From the human T2T-CHM13v2.0 reference genome, Homo sapiens, in assembly GCF_009914755.1 (NCBI RefSeq), contig NC_060926.1: DNA of 64,000 bases. One strand, given 5' to 3'. The position numbers were made by a program, and so were the translations under genes. Of this stretch, positions 31,621 to 46,100 are shown one piece after another. The notes under the pieces were generated by a model. It did no database searches. It saw only the letters and a list, made by a program, of their open reading frames with translations, and was not told where the DNA came from. How positions within the stretch are numbered: the stretch's first letter is position 1; each line of letters begins with the position of its first letter.

Positions 31621-32322
31621 AGTATGTAGTTAAATCAAGATGGAAGAATTAGTCCATGAACTAATCACTGCACTCTCTTAATGCCCCTTGAAATTTCAAT
31701 AAAGAATGAAAAGAGGTGATTCAGCAATGAAAAATATGAAATATGTATTGTAACAAGAAAAGCAGATAAAAGAAGGCACTGAGGAAGCAAGGTGTAGAAA
31801 CATAAAGCATATCATAAACTTGGACGTAGCTCTCATGAAGGAGAGATTGAATGGCTTAGAATAGGAAGCCAAGAACTAGGAGAAGCAGGTCAAAAAGAGA
31901 TTTGTAATAAGAAATAGAAGTTACCATAAAGGTAATAAAAGCTCTACACATGGTATGAGCAACCTCCCATTTTCCTCCCATCTCCCTATGAGACTCTCAT
32001 TGAGTCTCCCTATGAGACTCAATGGCTCATAGGCATTTTCTCCCATGTAAAAGTTCATAATTTCTGCTGGAAAAATGGAGTAAATAGGTTTTGTTTTGGC
32101 AGCCAACAGTAAACTGCTGTTTCTGCTGACTTTTAGGAATGCCAGGCATGATGCTAAGGTCTCCACCATTCCGGAAAACCATCAGGCATCAATCTCTCTA
32201 AAGTGCTGCTTTTGTCAATTGTCTGTCTTCTCATTTTTAAAATCAAATGGAAAAATAACCATAAGAAAAGCAGGAATAATTAGACATTAGACAAAATTTG
32301 CAGTATAAAAAAAGTTGGGGGG

Positions 32323-32620
32323 CACTGGGCACAGTGTCTCAAGCCTGCACTCGTAGCACGTTGAGAGGCTGAGGCGAGCAAATCACTTGAGCTCAAGAGT
32401 TAGAGGCCAGACTGGGCAACATGGTGAAACCCTGTCTCTACAAAAAAATACAAAAAAATTACCCAGGCATGATGGTGCATGCCTACATAGTCCCAGCTAC
32501 TCAGTAGGGGCTGAGGTGGGAAGATCACTTGAGCCCAGAAAGTCAAGGCTACAGTGAGCCAAGATAATGCTACTGCACTCCAGCCTGAGTCAGACCCTGT
32601 CTCAACAAAGGAAAAAAAAA
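32323..32620 (+). mobile_element. AluJ
   Basis: cacttgagctcaag, gatcacttgagcccag, A tail. Confidence 0.92.
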
Positions 32621-32657
32621 TGAGGGGATACAAATATAAAGATTATTGAATGTGTAA

Positions 32658-33083
32658 CGTTAAAGCCAACCAAATATGGCCTGAGAAGGACTCCGTACTT
32701 CTATATTTGAGTCCTTGTGGATGAACTGTAACCAAGCTTAACAGATGAAATTGAAAACCTAACTTAATAGTATGCACCTGTAGCAATGGCTGAATGTTGG
32801 CCAATCCCAGTGGCCATACTTCAACCACTCATTGACTGCTGAACGTTCAGACTGTGTTCAAATAAGGCAAACACTGAGCTGAAGTCAATCTCACTGTTTC
32901 TGTACCTCACTTCTGATTCCTGTATGTCACTTTACCTTTTGTGTCTATAAATTTGTTCTGACCATGCAGTACCCCTGGAGTCACTGAATCTGCTGTGATT
33001 CTGGGGGCTGCCCAATTTGCAAATCGTTCATTGCCCAATTAAATTCCTTTAAGTTTATTTGGGCTGAAGTTTTTCTTTTATCA
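32658..33083 (+). mobile_element. MER57B-like 5' LTR (ERV1)
   Basis: aaatatggcctgagaaggactccgtacttctatatttgag; TATAAA near 32947, ATTAAA near 33038; ends ...ttttatca immediately before a PBS. Confidence 0.85.
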
Positions 33084-33085
33084 GA

Positions 33086-33103
33086 TGGTGTCAGAAGTGG
33101 GAT
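33086..33103 (+). promoter_or_regulatory. Retroviral primer-binding site, tRNA-Leu
   Basis: TGGTGTCAGAAGTGGGAT lies 2 nt after the LTR end and is complementary to the tRNA-Leu 3' end ...ATCCCACTTCTGACACCA. Confidence 0.88.
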
Positions 33104-35523
33104 TCAAACTGGAGCTTCTAGTGACCCCCAGGAGTGCTGAGTGAACACGCAAGTTACCTGCAGGACCCACTTGCATCTATTGATTTCTCAGAGCAGCTGG
33201 GGATCATGGGTAAGCTCTCTCTTGGATTTCAGAGCTTCACAGATTTTGAGCTCTCCAATCACAGATTTTGAGCTCTCCAAATTTCTTTGAGGAAATTTCT
33301 GATCCAAACTGGGTTTGGAGTTATGACAGAACCTGGACTGGGTACAGGAATGAGTTTGATCCAGGAATCAACTGGCTTGGATCCAGTTAGAGGCCTCTTA
33401 CATCTGGCTGGGTCAGAAAGAAACTGATAGTAAGCAGTAATATTGGAGGGGTTATAGAATTTGGCTTTTGAAAATTCACAGGGATTTTTGTGTTCTACCC
33501 GTTTGTTTCATTTTTTCTGTGTGCTTAGGTAGGAAAAATCGTTGACTAAGTTAATCAAGAGAACCTGAGAGTAAAGCCAATATTTTAGGTAAAAATGGAA
33601 TCCTTATTTCCAGAAAAATGAGTTCCATCTGGCTTATTATACTTTAGGCCTGGGAGGCAGCAAAGTCTTACAGAAATGGCAAAATCTTACTGAAGATCAC
33701 TTACAGTGGTACCTTCCGAATGAACAACAATGCATTGTAGTACATTTGAAAATGCGGGCTCTTGGTAATGTCCCTTTGGGCTAAGAATGTGTTTGGCACT
33801 ACAGGATGTCAACTGCTATTCTCTTTGGAATAATATGAGTTGCACTCTTTGCTGAACAGCTGTGGGTGACAGGATCAGGCATGTACAAGACTGTGGGAAA
33901 TGGGGAGCTTTTTCCTCCCTAAAAGGGGAAATTTGAGAGCTGATGAGACTTCTGGAAAAGATCTCTTTGCTGTCGAGAAGCAGCTGCCTGAACTTTTCAG
34001 TGTCGCTGCAATGGGTGGGTCTTTCTCTGTCCTCCATGAGTATTTCGCCTTCCCCACCCTGCCACAGGCAATGCTTTTCTCTCTTTCTTTTCCCTTTCTT
34101 ATCTTTTCTATTACTCAGGGTGACCATCTTGCCCAGAGACCACATGTTGAAACTCCTGGTCAGAGGTTGGATTTACGATGATGGGGCGCAACCAGGTGCA
34201 AGTTTGAGCCTTGTCAGTTTGATATTGGGTACTAAGCAGAGTAGCTAACTTCTATGTTTTGTCACACATATTTTATTCTGGCCCGAATGAAAAAAGGTAA
34301 TTTTCTTTTATGATGCGACTTGGCCCCAGCATGGTGGTGCAGCAAGCTGAGTCACTAGGGCCGCTCAGGGAAAGGGAAGCCAGAAGCCTGGCATGCTGGC
34401 AAAAGGATAAGAATTTCTTACCAGTCAGATTTCTGGCTTCTCTCTCTATGTGCAAATGGTTAGATGAATGGTAAAAGTCACTGTTTATTTCCATCTTGTT
34501 TTTTGTCCTTGGGAGCCTGACCTTGTAACCACGTGGTAGTACTTTCTCTTGGTCTCTGCCTTCCAGGGAACAGGAATTTTAGGGTTTATGTCACAGTTAG
34601 CTCTGAAAATTGTCTTGAGTAGTTAAAAGCCTTTGCAAGCTCAAAATTGATTACTCCAGATTCCTTCTGGGCAGAGCAATGGAGGCTGCCCAGTGCTGTA
34701 GGTCAGTGGCTAAGGTTTTTGCCCATTTACACTGGCACGCTGGGTTTGATTCTCTGCTTAGGAAGTAAGTCCTTTTTGGTTTAATATCTGCATGACTTTG
34801 TCTAGTCTATTTTCCTCCACAAAATCTCTTACATTTTCCTTTCTCTGAGCACCTGGGAGGTTACCATTGGAAAAGTTCAAAAGCCAGAAGTATCCGCTGT
34901 TTGGTCTGGCTAAAATCGGGTAATAAGAAATTTTAAAAGGACTTTATTAAAGAGTGGTATGGTTAAAAGTCAGCTTAATTAAAAGCAGATTTTCAAGCTC
35001 TGATAGCCTGGATGCCTTGGGAAAAACAGGAGGCAACAGAACCCCCTTTCCTGGCCCTGTTCTTCCAAGGACTCCACCCTAAAACCAATAACCAATAAAG
35101 AAATTTAAAAACTGGCAAATGAAAAAATCTTACAACTACTGTAGTAATCTTCTGTCTGTCTGTCTGTGTAATTATATAGGTTTTGTGTGTGATGTTTATG
35201 TAAAAGAGCACTAATTAATTGGGCTTAAACAAAAACAAGCACTTAAATATTTTGAAAGCAAAACAAAAACTGTAATGCCTTTTAGCTCATGTAACTTTAG
35301 TAATCTTTGGGAAATAAAAACAGCCTTAAAGAATATTGATAAAATTAAGACACTTTGTCTAAATTACACAGGTCAGATATTAGGTTTGCTAAATTCTTTA
35401 AGGTCATAAACTGCTTTGACTTTTAAAAATTGTTCAATTTATTTTGGAAACATTAAATTCTAAATAAGACCTGGGGATGTATGGAATTAGCCATGCCCCC
35501 TAGCTATGCAAAGAAGGTTATAA

Positions 35524-35831
<308 letters not shown>

Positions 35832-36062
35832 AGAAAAGAGATTTTATATAAGAAAGGATGTTGTATGCTAAATTCTTGTTTTAAAGTAAAATGATTGGTT
35901 GTTTAAAAAGAGGGATGTTTAGGGCAAGTCAGAAAGTCTAAAAATGCCTTACATGGTCTGTGTAAGTCATGAAATAATTTATGAAAAGAAATGTATGCCA
36001 GAAATGTTGTACGATTTAAAGGTGATTAGGTCTCCTAAATGCTTCATAAAATGCCACTGTGA

Positions 36063-36381
<319 letters not shown>

Positions 36382-38489
36382 ACCACTGTGATTCTTAACT
36401 GTACAGTTTGCCTGCTTTACAGCTAGGTAAGGCCTGGGACACATGGAAGTAGACACTGGAAAGAGTCAGACCTTATCTTCATTTCTGTTTGGGTTCTAGG
36501 CTCCAGACCTAGTACATAATTAAAATCCCTTACTTACCAAAAATTTCACCAAAAGTAAAAGTCACTAAGAGTTAACATTGTAATATGTAATTGAATCTAC
36601 TGAAAAAATAAGTTTACATACAAGGTGTGTAAGGAGAATAAGATGTGTTTTGGTAAGAGATTATAAGAAGGTATGGGAATGCAAATTTTTGCCTAGGTTA
36701 GAAGGTTAAAGGATTGTTTTAAATTAAATAAAGCTAAAGATTTGAAGAAGTTGTGGAAGGTTTATAAAAAAATTGTAAAAGATTCTATGTGTGAACATAT
36801 TGGTTGAAGTTAAAATGGCATTATTTATTTTTTTCCATAAATTGGACATTGGAATAAAAGCACAACAGAGTTTTCTTAGAACATTGTTCTGTTCTGAGAA
36901 AAAACTATAAAGGATTATAAAAACCTCACCTTATGGCCAAACTAATTAAAACTGAATAGATTTATAAAATGTTGTTAAAAAACTAGCTTTAACGTTAAAA
37001 ACACACTAATGTAAACATAAAATTCATTTTTCTCTTTTAAAAAGGATTTTTATGTAATATTAAGAGATAATGAAAGGTTTTTATTTACCGTTGAAGTAAA
37101 CTACAAAAGAAAAAGGGGAAAAAGGAAAGAAAGGAGACAGACTCAGTGGGTCTTGTTTGGAAAGCTGAGTCTCCTCTCTGTCAGAAGGTTTTTTTTTTCT
37201 TTTAAAAAATTTTTGAGTCATCATTTTGCCTAAATGAACTACTTATGGTCACCTAAGATTCTATTTTGTAATATCTAATGTTTTAAACCTTCGGTATTTA
37301 ACAAACCTTTCAAAATCAAGCTTTAGAGTATCATGCTAAATCAGCCAATACTAAAATTGTTTAAAAATACAATTTGAATGAACTCCATGGTCTAAGTCAA
37401 ATTACCTATGATAAAACATTAGTTATCAGTGCCATGCACTTAAATTGGAGAAACAATTGGTATCCAAGAGGACGTAAGTCCTTTAAGCATGGACTCATGA
37501 AGAAACAGGACGGCTGCCTTGTCCTTTCTGAGTTTTTAAAGCTTTTATTATTAAAGCTTCTGCATTCCATGACTCACCATGTAAAAGATAAAATAATCCA
37601 AATTGAATATATTTGTGTGGTGACTTACAAATTGCAGAAATAGTTTAAAACCAATGTTTGGTTCTAAATTCCTGGAAGACAATCAAAGCTTCAGGTACAT
37701 TTGGCTACCTGATGGGCCACTGAAACATTTATAAAGGGATTTCTTTCAATTGTCATTTTCAGTGCATGTTTTCTGGTTGTATAAAAGCTTTCCCATGCAA
37801 GAGGGCTGATGTTATAACAGTAGATTATTATGCTACAATGTATTTTCACTGTACCTGGGCCTTCCATCACTGGTGAATTGTTTTCTCTGCTTGGAGTCCA
37901 TGGTTGATGGTTGATTTTTTTTTTCTATATTTTATAGAATGTTCGTATCTTTTCTGGCACATAGATGGTACCTATCACCAGATTTCAGTGGTAATACAGG
38001 TTTTTCTTCATTATAACCATCCTTTACCAGTTCAGTGGAAAATTTAGGAGAGCAATACTGAAAAGTATTGACTCAATATGTTTTAACTACAAGTTTATTT
38101 TAAGAATGTATCCAAAGTACAAGACAGTGTTATGCTTCATGCAAACTAAAAAAGATCATAAGAATTCAAATATAAGAATTATTTATTCATGTATGTAACA
38201 TGACTTCTTAAATTATATTAAAATCATGTTTAAAAAATAATATACAGTTGTATATATGGCATATATATTTACATACACACACATGCATTTAATCATAGAA
38301 TCTGAAGGAAAGTACATCGAATTTATTTTATATAAAAACAATTATAGTTAATTTTAATTTTCTTCTGGATACTTATTTCTATTTTCTAAAATTTTTTCAT
38401 CTAATATGTACTTATGTAAAATGAAAATACAAAGAGGACGGTAATTTCATCTTACTAGCTTGTATCTGTGGTGATAAGGGAAAAAATTG

Positions 38490-38781
38490 GGCCTGGCACA
38501 GTAGCTCATGCCTGCAATCCCAGTACTTTGGGAGGCTGAGGCAGGCAGATCACTTGAGCTCAGGAGTTCAAGACCAGCTTGGGCAAGAGACCCCCCCATC
38601 TCTACTAAAAATACAAAAAAATAGCCCGGTGTGGTGGTACACGCCTGTGGTCCCAGCTACTCAGGAGACTGAGGTGGGAGGATCACTTGAGCTCAGGGTT
38701 GGAGGTTGCAGTGAGCTGAGATTACGCCACTGCACTGCAGCCTGTGTGACAGTGAGACCCTGTCTCAGAAAAAACAAAAAA
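38490..38781 (+). mobile_element. AluJb-like
   Basis: cacttgagctcaggagttc, gaggatcacttgagc; aaaaaatt flanks on both sides. Confidence 0.9.
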
Positions 38782-40791
38782 TTAAAGCATCAAAATCCAT
38801 AGATTTTCTTCTCTTTCAAAGAATTTAACTTCGTTAAAGAATAAGTTAAAAACCAATTGAAACTATTTATACTAACGAATTGATTAACCTTCATAAATTA
38901 AGATATTTTCATAAGTAATGCAAAAACAAGCAAAAAATAAAAATAAAAATAAATAAACCTCAGAGACGAAAAAAGACATTTTGCAAAGCCACAAAAAAAC
39001 ACCAATTTTATTGGGCTTAAACTCATAATTTACTTCTATTATTTGAATTCAACAGATTTTACTTGTTCATTAATCCAGACTCTTACAAACAGAAATTATA
39101 CATTTGCTTTTCTTCTTACAGAGTTCATATTTTGAAAGTATAGGCTTGTCTGTGTTAGGCAAACTTAACCAACCAGTCAAAGTCACTAAACCCTGAAGAG
39201 CAAATTACAATGAACAATATGCTAATCGGGAGTAAGGATTGAGTTACACCCTTTGCCTAGAGAGAGGAGTCAATTAAAATATCTAAATATAGCAACGAGA
39301 ATAAAAAACCAGAGGCAAGTAGCCCATGTAAGGAAGGACACATGGCTGGAAAAAAAAAAAATAAAGATAGAAAGCAAACAGGAAACAACTTTGGAATGAT
39401 GGTTTTTATTCAATTCATACTCTGTGAGGCCCTGTTTTTCATACACCCTTTTTTATTTACTTTGAAAACATAGACTTGTTTTGTTCTCATAACAGCTCCA
39501 TGTAATAACATGTAAAACTCCTATCAAATTTCCCTGAGACATATGAGGCAGGCAAAGGATGCGTTTCTTGGCTCTAAATTGCCGGACAACCACGTCTTCA
39601 CCTGCTCCATCCCAGCCGCAGCTGTTCCTTTTACTCACAGATGATGGAGTCTCTTGATACCCTGTCCTGGATCCACTTACAATGCCAGCTTGAAATATCA
39701 GCAGCTGTCCTTCTCATTAAGATTTGGTTTAGAGACCATTTTATTCATAATTGCCTTTGTCTGATATTTGACTACCAATAAGTGGCACATGACCTGGATT
39801 TGCTGATAGTGTTATTTGTCTCCCTTCTGCCTAAGTTTCTTCTGTACAAAATCAGTATGTTCAGTTATCTCTGCTGATGATGGGGGAAGAGGGGAGCACA
39901 TTACCGTGCTCTCACTCCCATTTCCTTCTTTACTGTGGATAGTCATAAGATTCATTTCTATCATATCCTATTTCCATGGGGTCTATCTGCCACCTAAGCT
40001 TTTGAATACATGCATGGAATATCTGAATGTCTATCCTTAGGCATGTGTTTAGCCACTGTATTCAGTTTCCACTTAGTATTTTTGTTTCATTTTTTCCAGG
40101 TATTCTGACCCTCTGATCTTACGTGTCAACTCAATACACAGCTCAGGCCTTCATTGAATTGAAAACTCATCTAGACCTGATTCTGCTTTTCACCCTTAAC
40201 TCTTAGCACTCTCTTGCTCTCTTAGGTATGATCCCATCCTAAAAGGCTGGTTCCATAAATTCACAGATTGCTCAGAAATATTTACAAAGAATTACACAGA
40301 GTTCCCTTTCATGAATACTCTCTTGGACATAGGCAATAGTCCAGAACATACTTAATTTGGATACAACACGTGAGCTTGTTGAGTGATTTCCTACTATTCC
40401 ATGAGATGATGACCCAACTGTGAATACTAACCCATTCTCACTTGGCCTCTTGTTTATTCTTTGGCAAGTACTTTAAAGACAACCTCATGTGATTTTTCTG
40501 TTTTGAATAGTGCTACCAAGTAGCAGTAGTAACTGAAGTTTGAAACTTTTTGTCTCTCCTGAGATTCACAGAATAATGAGATCATTTTCTTTATATACTC
40601 CTAAATCCCATACCTCTTCAACATCCTGAACAATTTTCTCATAGGTCACACCATTCCACTTTTCAGCTATCATATATCTATAAGGTAAGCATTATTATTA
40701 TTATTATTATTTACTTTCAGCCAAAATCTATCTCATTTTTACCCACCTATGAGACAGAAAGTTATGATTTTTTTTTGTCTTTAGGAAAGAC

Positions 40792-42432
40792 ATATGATGG
40801 TTTGAAAACACAGGGAGAACAATGCTTCTGTCTCTTGAATCTGGGCGGGCTCTCTGATAGCTTCAAACAATAGAGTATGCAGAATTGGCACTCTGACTTT
40901 CAAAACTGGTCATAAAGCCCGTGAAGCTTCTGCCTTTGTCACTGGAGTGCTCACTATTGAAGCCCAGAGCTTCCATATTAGAAGCCTGGCTACCCTGAAC
41001 TCACCATGCTGGAGGGGCCACATACAGCCCCCATGCTTGAGAGCACAACTGAGGCTGTCCTATTGCCTTCCCAGCCCAGGTACAAGACTTCTTTTTTTGT
41101 TTTGTTTTGTTTTTTAAAATTCAGAGTTTAGTTAGGCCACTGGGCAAAAAAAGGGGTAAATACTGTATACATGTTAGAATTTCTTTTTTTTTTTTGTTTT
41201 ATTATTATTATACTTTAAGTTTTAGGGTACATGTGCACAATGTGCAGGTTAGTTACATATGTATACATGTGCCATGCTGGTGTGCTGCACCCATTAACTC
41301 GTCATTTAGCATTAGGTATATCTCCTAATGCTATCCCTCCCCCCTCCCCCCACCCCACAACAGTCCCCAGAGTGTGGTGTTCCCCTTCCTGTGTCCATGT
41401 GCTCGCATTGTTCAGTTCCCACCTATGAGTGAGAACATGTGGTATTTGGTTTTTTGTCCTTGCGATAGTTTACTGAGAATGATGATTTCCAATTTCATCC
41501 ATGTCCCTACAAAGGACATGAACTCATCCTTTTTTATGGCTGCATAGTATTCCATGGTGTATATGTGCCACATTTTCTTAATCCAGTCTATCATTGTTGG
41601 ACATTTGGGTTGGTTCCAAGTCTTTGCTATTGTGAATAGTGCCGCAATAAACATACATGTGCATGTGTCTTTATAGCAGCATGATTTATAGTCCTTTGGG
41701 TATATACCCAGTAATGGGATGGCTGGGTCAAATGGTATTTCTAGTTCTAGATCCCTGAGGAATCGCCACACTGACTTCCACAATGGTTGAACTAGTTTCC
41801 AGTCCCACCAACAGTGTAAAAGTGTTCCTATTTCTCCACATCCTCTCCAGCACCTGTTGTTTCCTGACTTTTTAATGATCGCCATTCTAACTGGTGTGAG
41901 ATGGTATCTCATTGTGGTTTTGATTTGCATTTCTCTGATGGCCAGTGATGGCGAGCATTTTTTCATGTGTTTTTTGGCTGCATAAATGTCTTCTTTTGAG
42001 AAGTGTCTGTTCATGTCCTTCGCCCACTTTTTGATGGGGTTGTTTGTTTTTATCTTGTAAATTTGTTTGAGTTCATTGTAGATTCTGGATATTAGTCCTT
42101 TGTCAGATGAGTAGGTTGTGAAAATTTTCTCCCATTTTGTAGGTTGCCTGTTTACTCTGATGGTAGTTTCTTTTGCTGTGCAGAAGCTCTTTAGTTTAAT
42201 TAGATCCCATTTTAGGAAAGAAACTTTCTTGGAAATAGCCTGGCTAGCCCAGTTATTCTATCACCCAGCCACTTGAGGCACCCCGAGCTATTCCAGTCAT
42301 CCAAGATGACATGGAAAAGGACCACCTTTGATGTGCATTTTCTGAATCCTTGACCCACAGAATCCACGAGCATAATAGTTGTCTTAACCAAGTTTTGGGG
42401 TGGCTTGTTATGCTGCAATAGGTAACTGAAAC
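40792..42432 (+). mobile_element. MLT1F/G-like LTR split by an L1 insertion (parts about 40792-41088 and 42213-42432)
   Basis: cttgaatctgggcgggctc, accatgctggaggggccacat; terminus ggtggcttgttatgctgcaataggtaactgaaaca. Confidence 0.8.
41184..42212 (-). mobile_element. 5'-truncated L1PA3-like element
   Basis: ORF 41412-42014 is the intact ORF2p C-terminus. 3' UTR diagnostics gtttactgagaatgatgatttccaatttc and gagaacatg. The match ends at tagatcccattt. Confidence 0.96.
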
Positions 42433-43049
42433 AGGAGAATGGGGTATATCTTGTTCCCTTATCTCATTTTACAGAAGATGAAATTGACATTTCTCTTAAG
42501 ATTTGGTTACTAAATCATTTTTTGTGCTCATTATCTTCCTCTGAATGGATGATGTTTGATGAATGACAAGTACAACAGTAGGCTGTCGCCACTTTGTTCT
42601 GGACCCTTTACCTCTGTCAATACAGATTAAAACTAAATTTCCTTTTTAGGCACCCATATTGTTGTTCAATTAGGTGGGGAGTCAACTCATAGTTCTTAGG
42701 CTTCTTATAACACCTGTCAACTCCACCTTTTACTCTATTAAATGTTTTATTAGTTCCAATTCACTATTTCAGCCTGTAGAAATAATTTTAAATTCTGACA
42801 CTTTTATAAAATGTATTTGACACTTTATAATCTTAATGTTACTTACACATTAAAAAATAATGCCATAAAGTTTTCTATATCATTATTTTAGTCGCTCTCT
42901 GCTCTTCACAATTAGTCATGGATTCTATATGCCATTTATGTAAGAAAAAAATGTTTGAACACAAACATAAGCAGTAATTGAACCAATGTGTAAGCAGATA
43001 CACTGTAATGAAAATCTGTGAATGAAACTTCCTCTTACATTGTTTTATT

Positions 43050-43197
43050 TCTTCTTTTTAGCAACATGATCAGCTAGGCATTTATTATGAATAGAGAAAC
43101 TGAGGCTCATAGAGATTCAGTGAATGTTGCAAGGCTGAGTTTAAACATAAACGTGTCTCTCTCCCAAATCTCTACCATTTCCTTTGTACCACAGCAC
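43050..43197 (-). mobile_element. MIR core
   Basis: gaaactgaggctcatagag core motif. Confidence 0.65.
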
Positions 43198-46100
43198 CAG
43201 AAATAGGACACTCAGAAGATAGCAGTAATGACTATGCGTAGAACCTCAGTCAATAAATCAAGACTCACCTAGGATAATTGACTTGTGCTCTCTCTGGAAT
43301 TTAGCTGTATGTTTTGTCTTAGAAACTGCTAAGAAGGTTAGGAACAAAAGTTGTTTTCAGCCACGACAACAAAGTTAAACGCATTTTAGATAAATAACTC
43401 AGAAGAACTTGCTCTAGGAAAATATATTTGGCAAGGAAAATCGCTCATCCTAAAAGAATAATGTGGTACTTAATTATGAAAGATGACTTTGAAAAGAAGT
43501 AAGGAAAAGAAGTTAATGCAAAAATGACTCAAGTTTGGTTGGTGATATGCTGCAGTGTGTGGTGAGGTGACTCTGGGAAAGCAGACATAAAACTATTAAG
43601 GCTAAAAGTCATTATCTTTATTCTCCAAACTTGCTTCTTCCTTTCCATTCCTGATATTGAATCACTACATTCCCACTCACATAGTCACCTAGGCAGAAAC
43701 ACATGTGTAAACTTCAATTTTCTCCTCTCCCTTTCCGACACTTTTTTTTATCTAGTCGCCAAGCAATTTTGATTCTGCTTACAAAAACACTATAACCCAT
43801 TGCCTTCTTTCCAACTTCACTGTCCCTGGCTTAAGTCAGGTCAGCATTACCTCTCCTCTCCTTAACAGTAATAATTTCAATGTTCTTTTTGCTTCTAATT
43901 TCTCCCCATTTCAATTTAGATTACAAGCTGCCATGATAGTTTTCTGAAATTAGAACACAATCACTTTCAACATTTATTGAGACATTGTGGCATGCACCAC
44001 ACCACAAGCTGGTATAAAAAATGAACAAGGCCCAGGCCCCATCCTCAAAAGGCTAACACTCTAGTGGCTATTCAGAGGAGTGTGTCATTAAAATGGAAAA
44101 GTCAATAATGTGAAGGCAAGTTTAGGGATGATATGGAAACACAGGAGTGGAATAAGACCTATTCTTGGGAGCATTGCTCCCTATTTAAATTCTAAATGAT
44201 GTCCCACCCCAAATTTAACCTACAAGATACAGTCCAGATTCCTTAATTAGTGTTTGCAGTGTTTTTTTTTTTATGGTTAAGTTATAACTTGTCAAACCTG
44301 TATTTAATATCTAGTTTAAGTCAGTGCTTTTTTTTTTCTCTATATTCTTCCACCAGCAGAAATTTAAACTAAAGACATCAATTCAACTTAGAGCAACATC
44401 TAGCTATTTCATTTAATTTTTTAACTTTCTCAATTTTGATTGCTAGAGGTGAAGTCTTAGGTTGGTCTCACAATTTTCGAAAATGACAGCTTGAAGTTCA
44501 CATATTGCTTGCCTCATTCTCCCAAGGTGAATGATCTGAGTGTGGTTCAATTTATTGTACATGGCATTTATAGACGAGACCTTTAATGTTCCCAAGACAG
44601 GGAAGTGTCTCCGTTTTTAAAGGTTCCATGACATTCCTTTACATTCTAAATTTTCCCTTAGGTCGTCATTAATCCATTTCCAAATTGGGATTGTCTTTCT
44701 GCTCATATTTGACAATTTTGTCATAAAGTAAATCTCTTTTCGGATTTAAGAAAAAAATAGACATCATATAAGAGACTCATGGGAAGAAAGATTGTTTTAG
44801 CCATCTCCAGCACAGCTGAAGTTCATAGCAGCTGTGGAAAAAGGCTACAGGACTATGGAGGCAAACATGTTTCTTACTTCTACTTGCTAGCCTATGACTA
44901 ACACATTCTGTTTGCCCTGAGCTTCTGTTTATTCATCTAAAAAAATGGGAACAGTCATGCAGCATAGCTCTGACAGTCACAGAGTTTTCTTGAATTTTAA
45001 AATTCTGATAGACCACTATAGTATATACTCTCTAATATAAAATGGCATAAAAATATCTAAATACTTTTACTTTCTTAATGTTTCTATACATAAATAACCA
45101 ATGTCCTATTCAATTTTTTTCAAAACCATAAAATAATGTTTCTGTTTTGTTTCCTTCATTTGGGTTTGTTATTACTTTATAGAGCTCACATGAAGAGGAC
45201 AGGGTAGCAGGGTGCAGGCTGAGATGCCAGACCTGTCATCAACCTGCCAAACTCTCTAATGGGAGAAATCATTATACTATGGATGCTGCCCTCAAAGTAT
45301 ACCTGAAATCAGAACATATCACAAAATATAAGGTGGACTTTCTACAAGTGGTTAAATCTTCTAGTTGTGGATTAATGACATGAGACTGAATCTCTATCTC
45401 ATATGATGGTTGTAAAAATTAAGAGACACCATATGTGAACCATGTCACATAGTATCTTGTCCAATATAGACACTCAATAAAGGTTTTTTTTTTTGCCCAT
45501 CTTGTTAGCCAGAAAGATGGTATTTATCTTTTTATCCACAGTCTTGTCCCATGCCAAGATGGACTGTTTCAGTCACATTAGAATATATTTGTCTAACAAT
45601 ATATTCATATGCAAAAGCCACACAACTCACTTCAGGATTATAAAAACAAACTTGTTCAAATCTCCCTCATAGCTTTTTTTCCCATTTTTGTTGTGATTGT
45701 TTTGCCTCAGGCTGGCCATGGGCTCACGCCCACCATACGTCTAATTCTCACATGGGCACTACGTACATAGCTCAGCATTTTGCTAAAATGTGAATAGATG
45801 TTCTACCACAGAGGGCAGAATGTAGAGTGTTCTATTAATGGAATTTTACAGATAGCAAAGTCTTGATTACAAAATAGGTCCACAAATATTTGCTGAACAA
45901 ATAAATAAACAAATATGATAGCCTCGTATATGTTTAAATAAATAGAAATACAGTAACACAGTTAATCCTTTAATTGTCAGCATGTGCCTCAGCAAATTGT
46001 CCATGGGGATGAACTTCTCCAGATTATACCTTTAATAAGCCAATGACAGTATTACATGGAGGTACATAGCTTCCTACTGTCACCTGTTTATGCTTAATGA

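Noticed and set aside
33816-34494. Cluster of ORFs in the ERV internal region as possible gag
   Set aside because: No recognisable gag, pol or env motifs; short and on both strands.
41412-42014. Intact 200-aa ORF
   Set aside because: Only the C-terminus of L1 ORF2p in a young, 5'-truncated copy; not a host gene.
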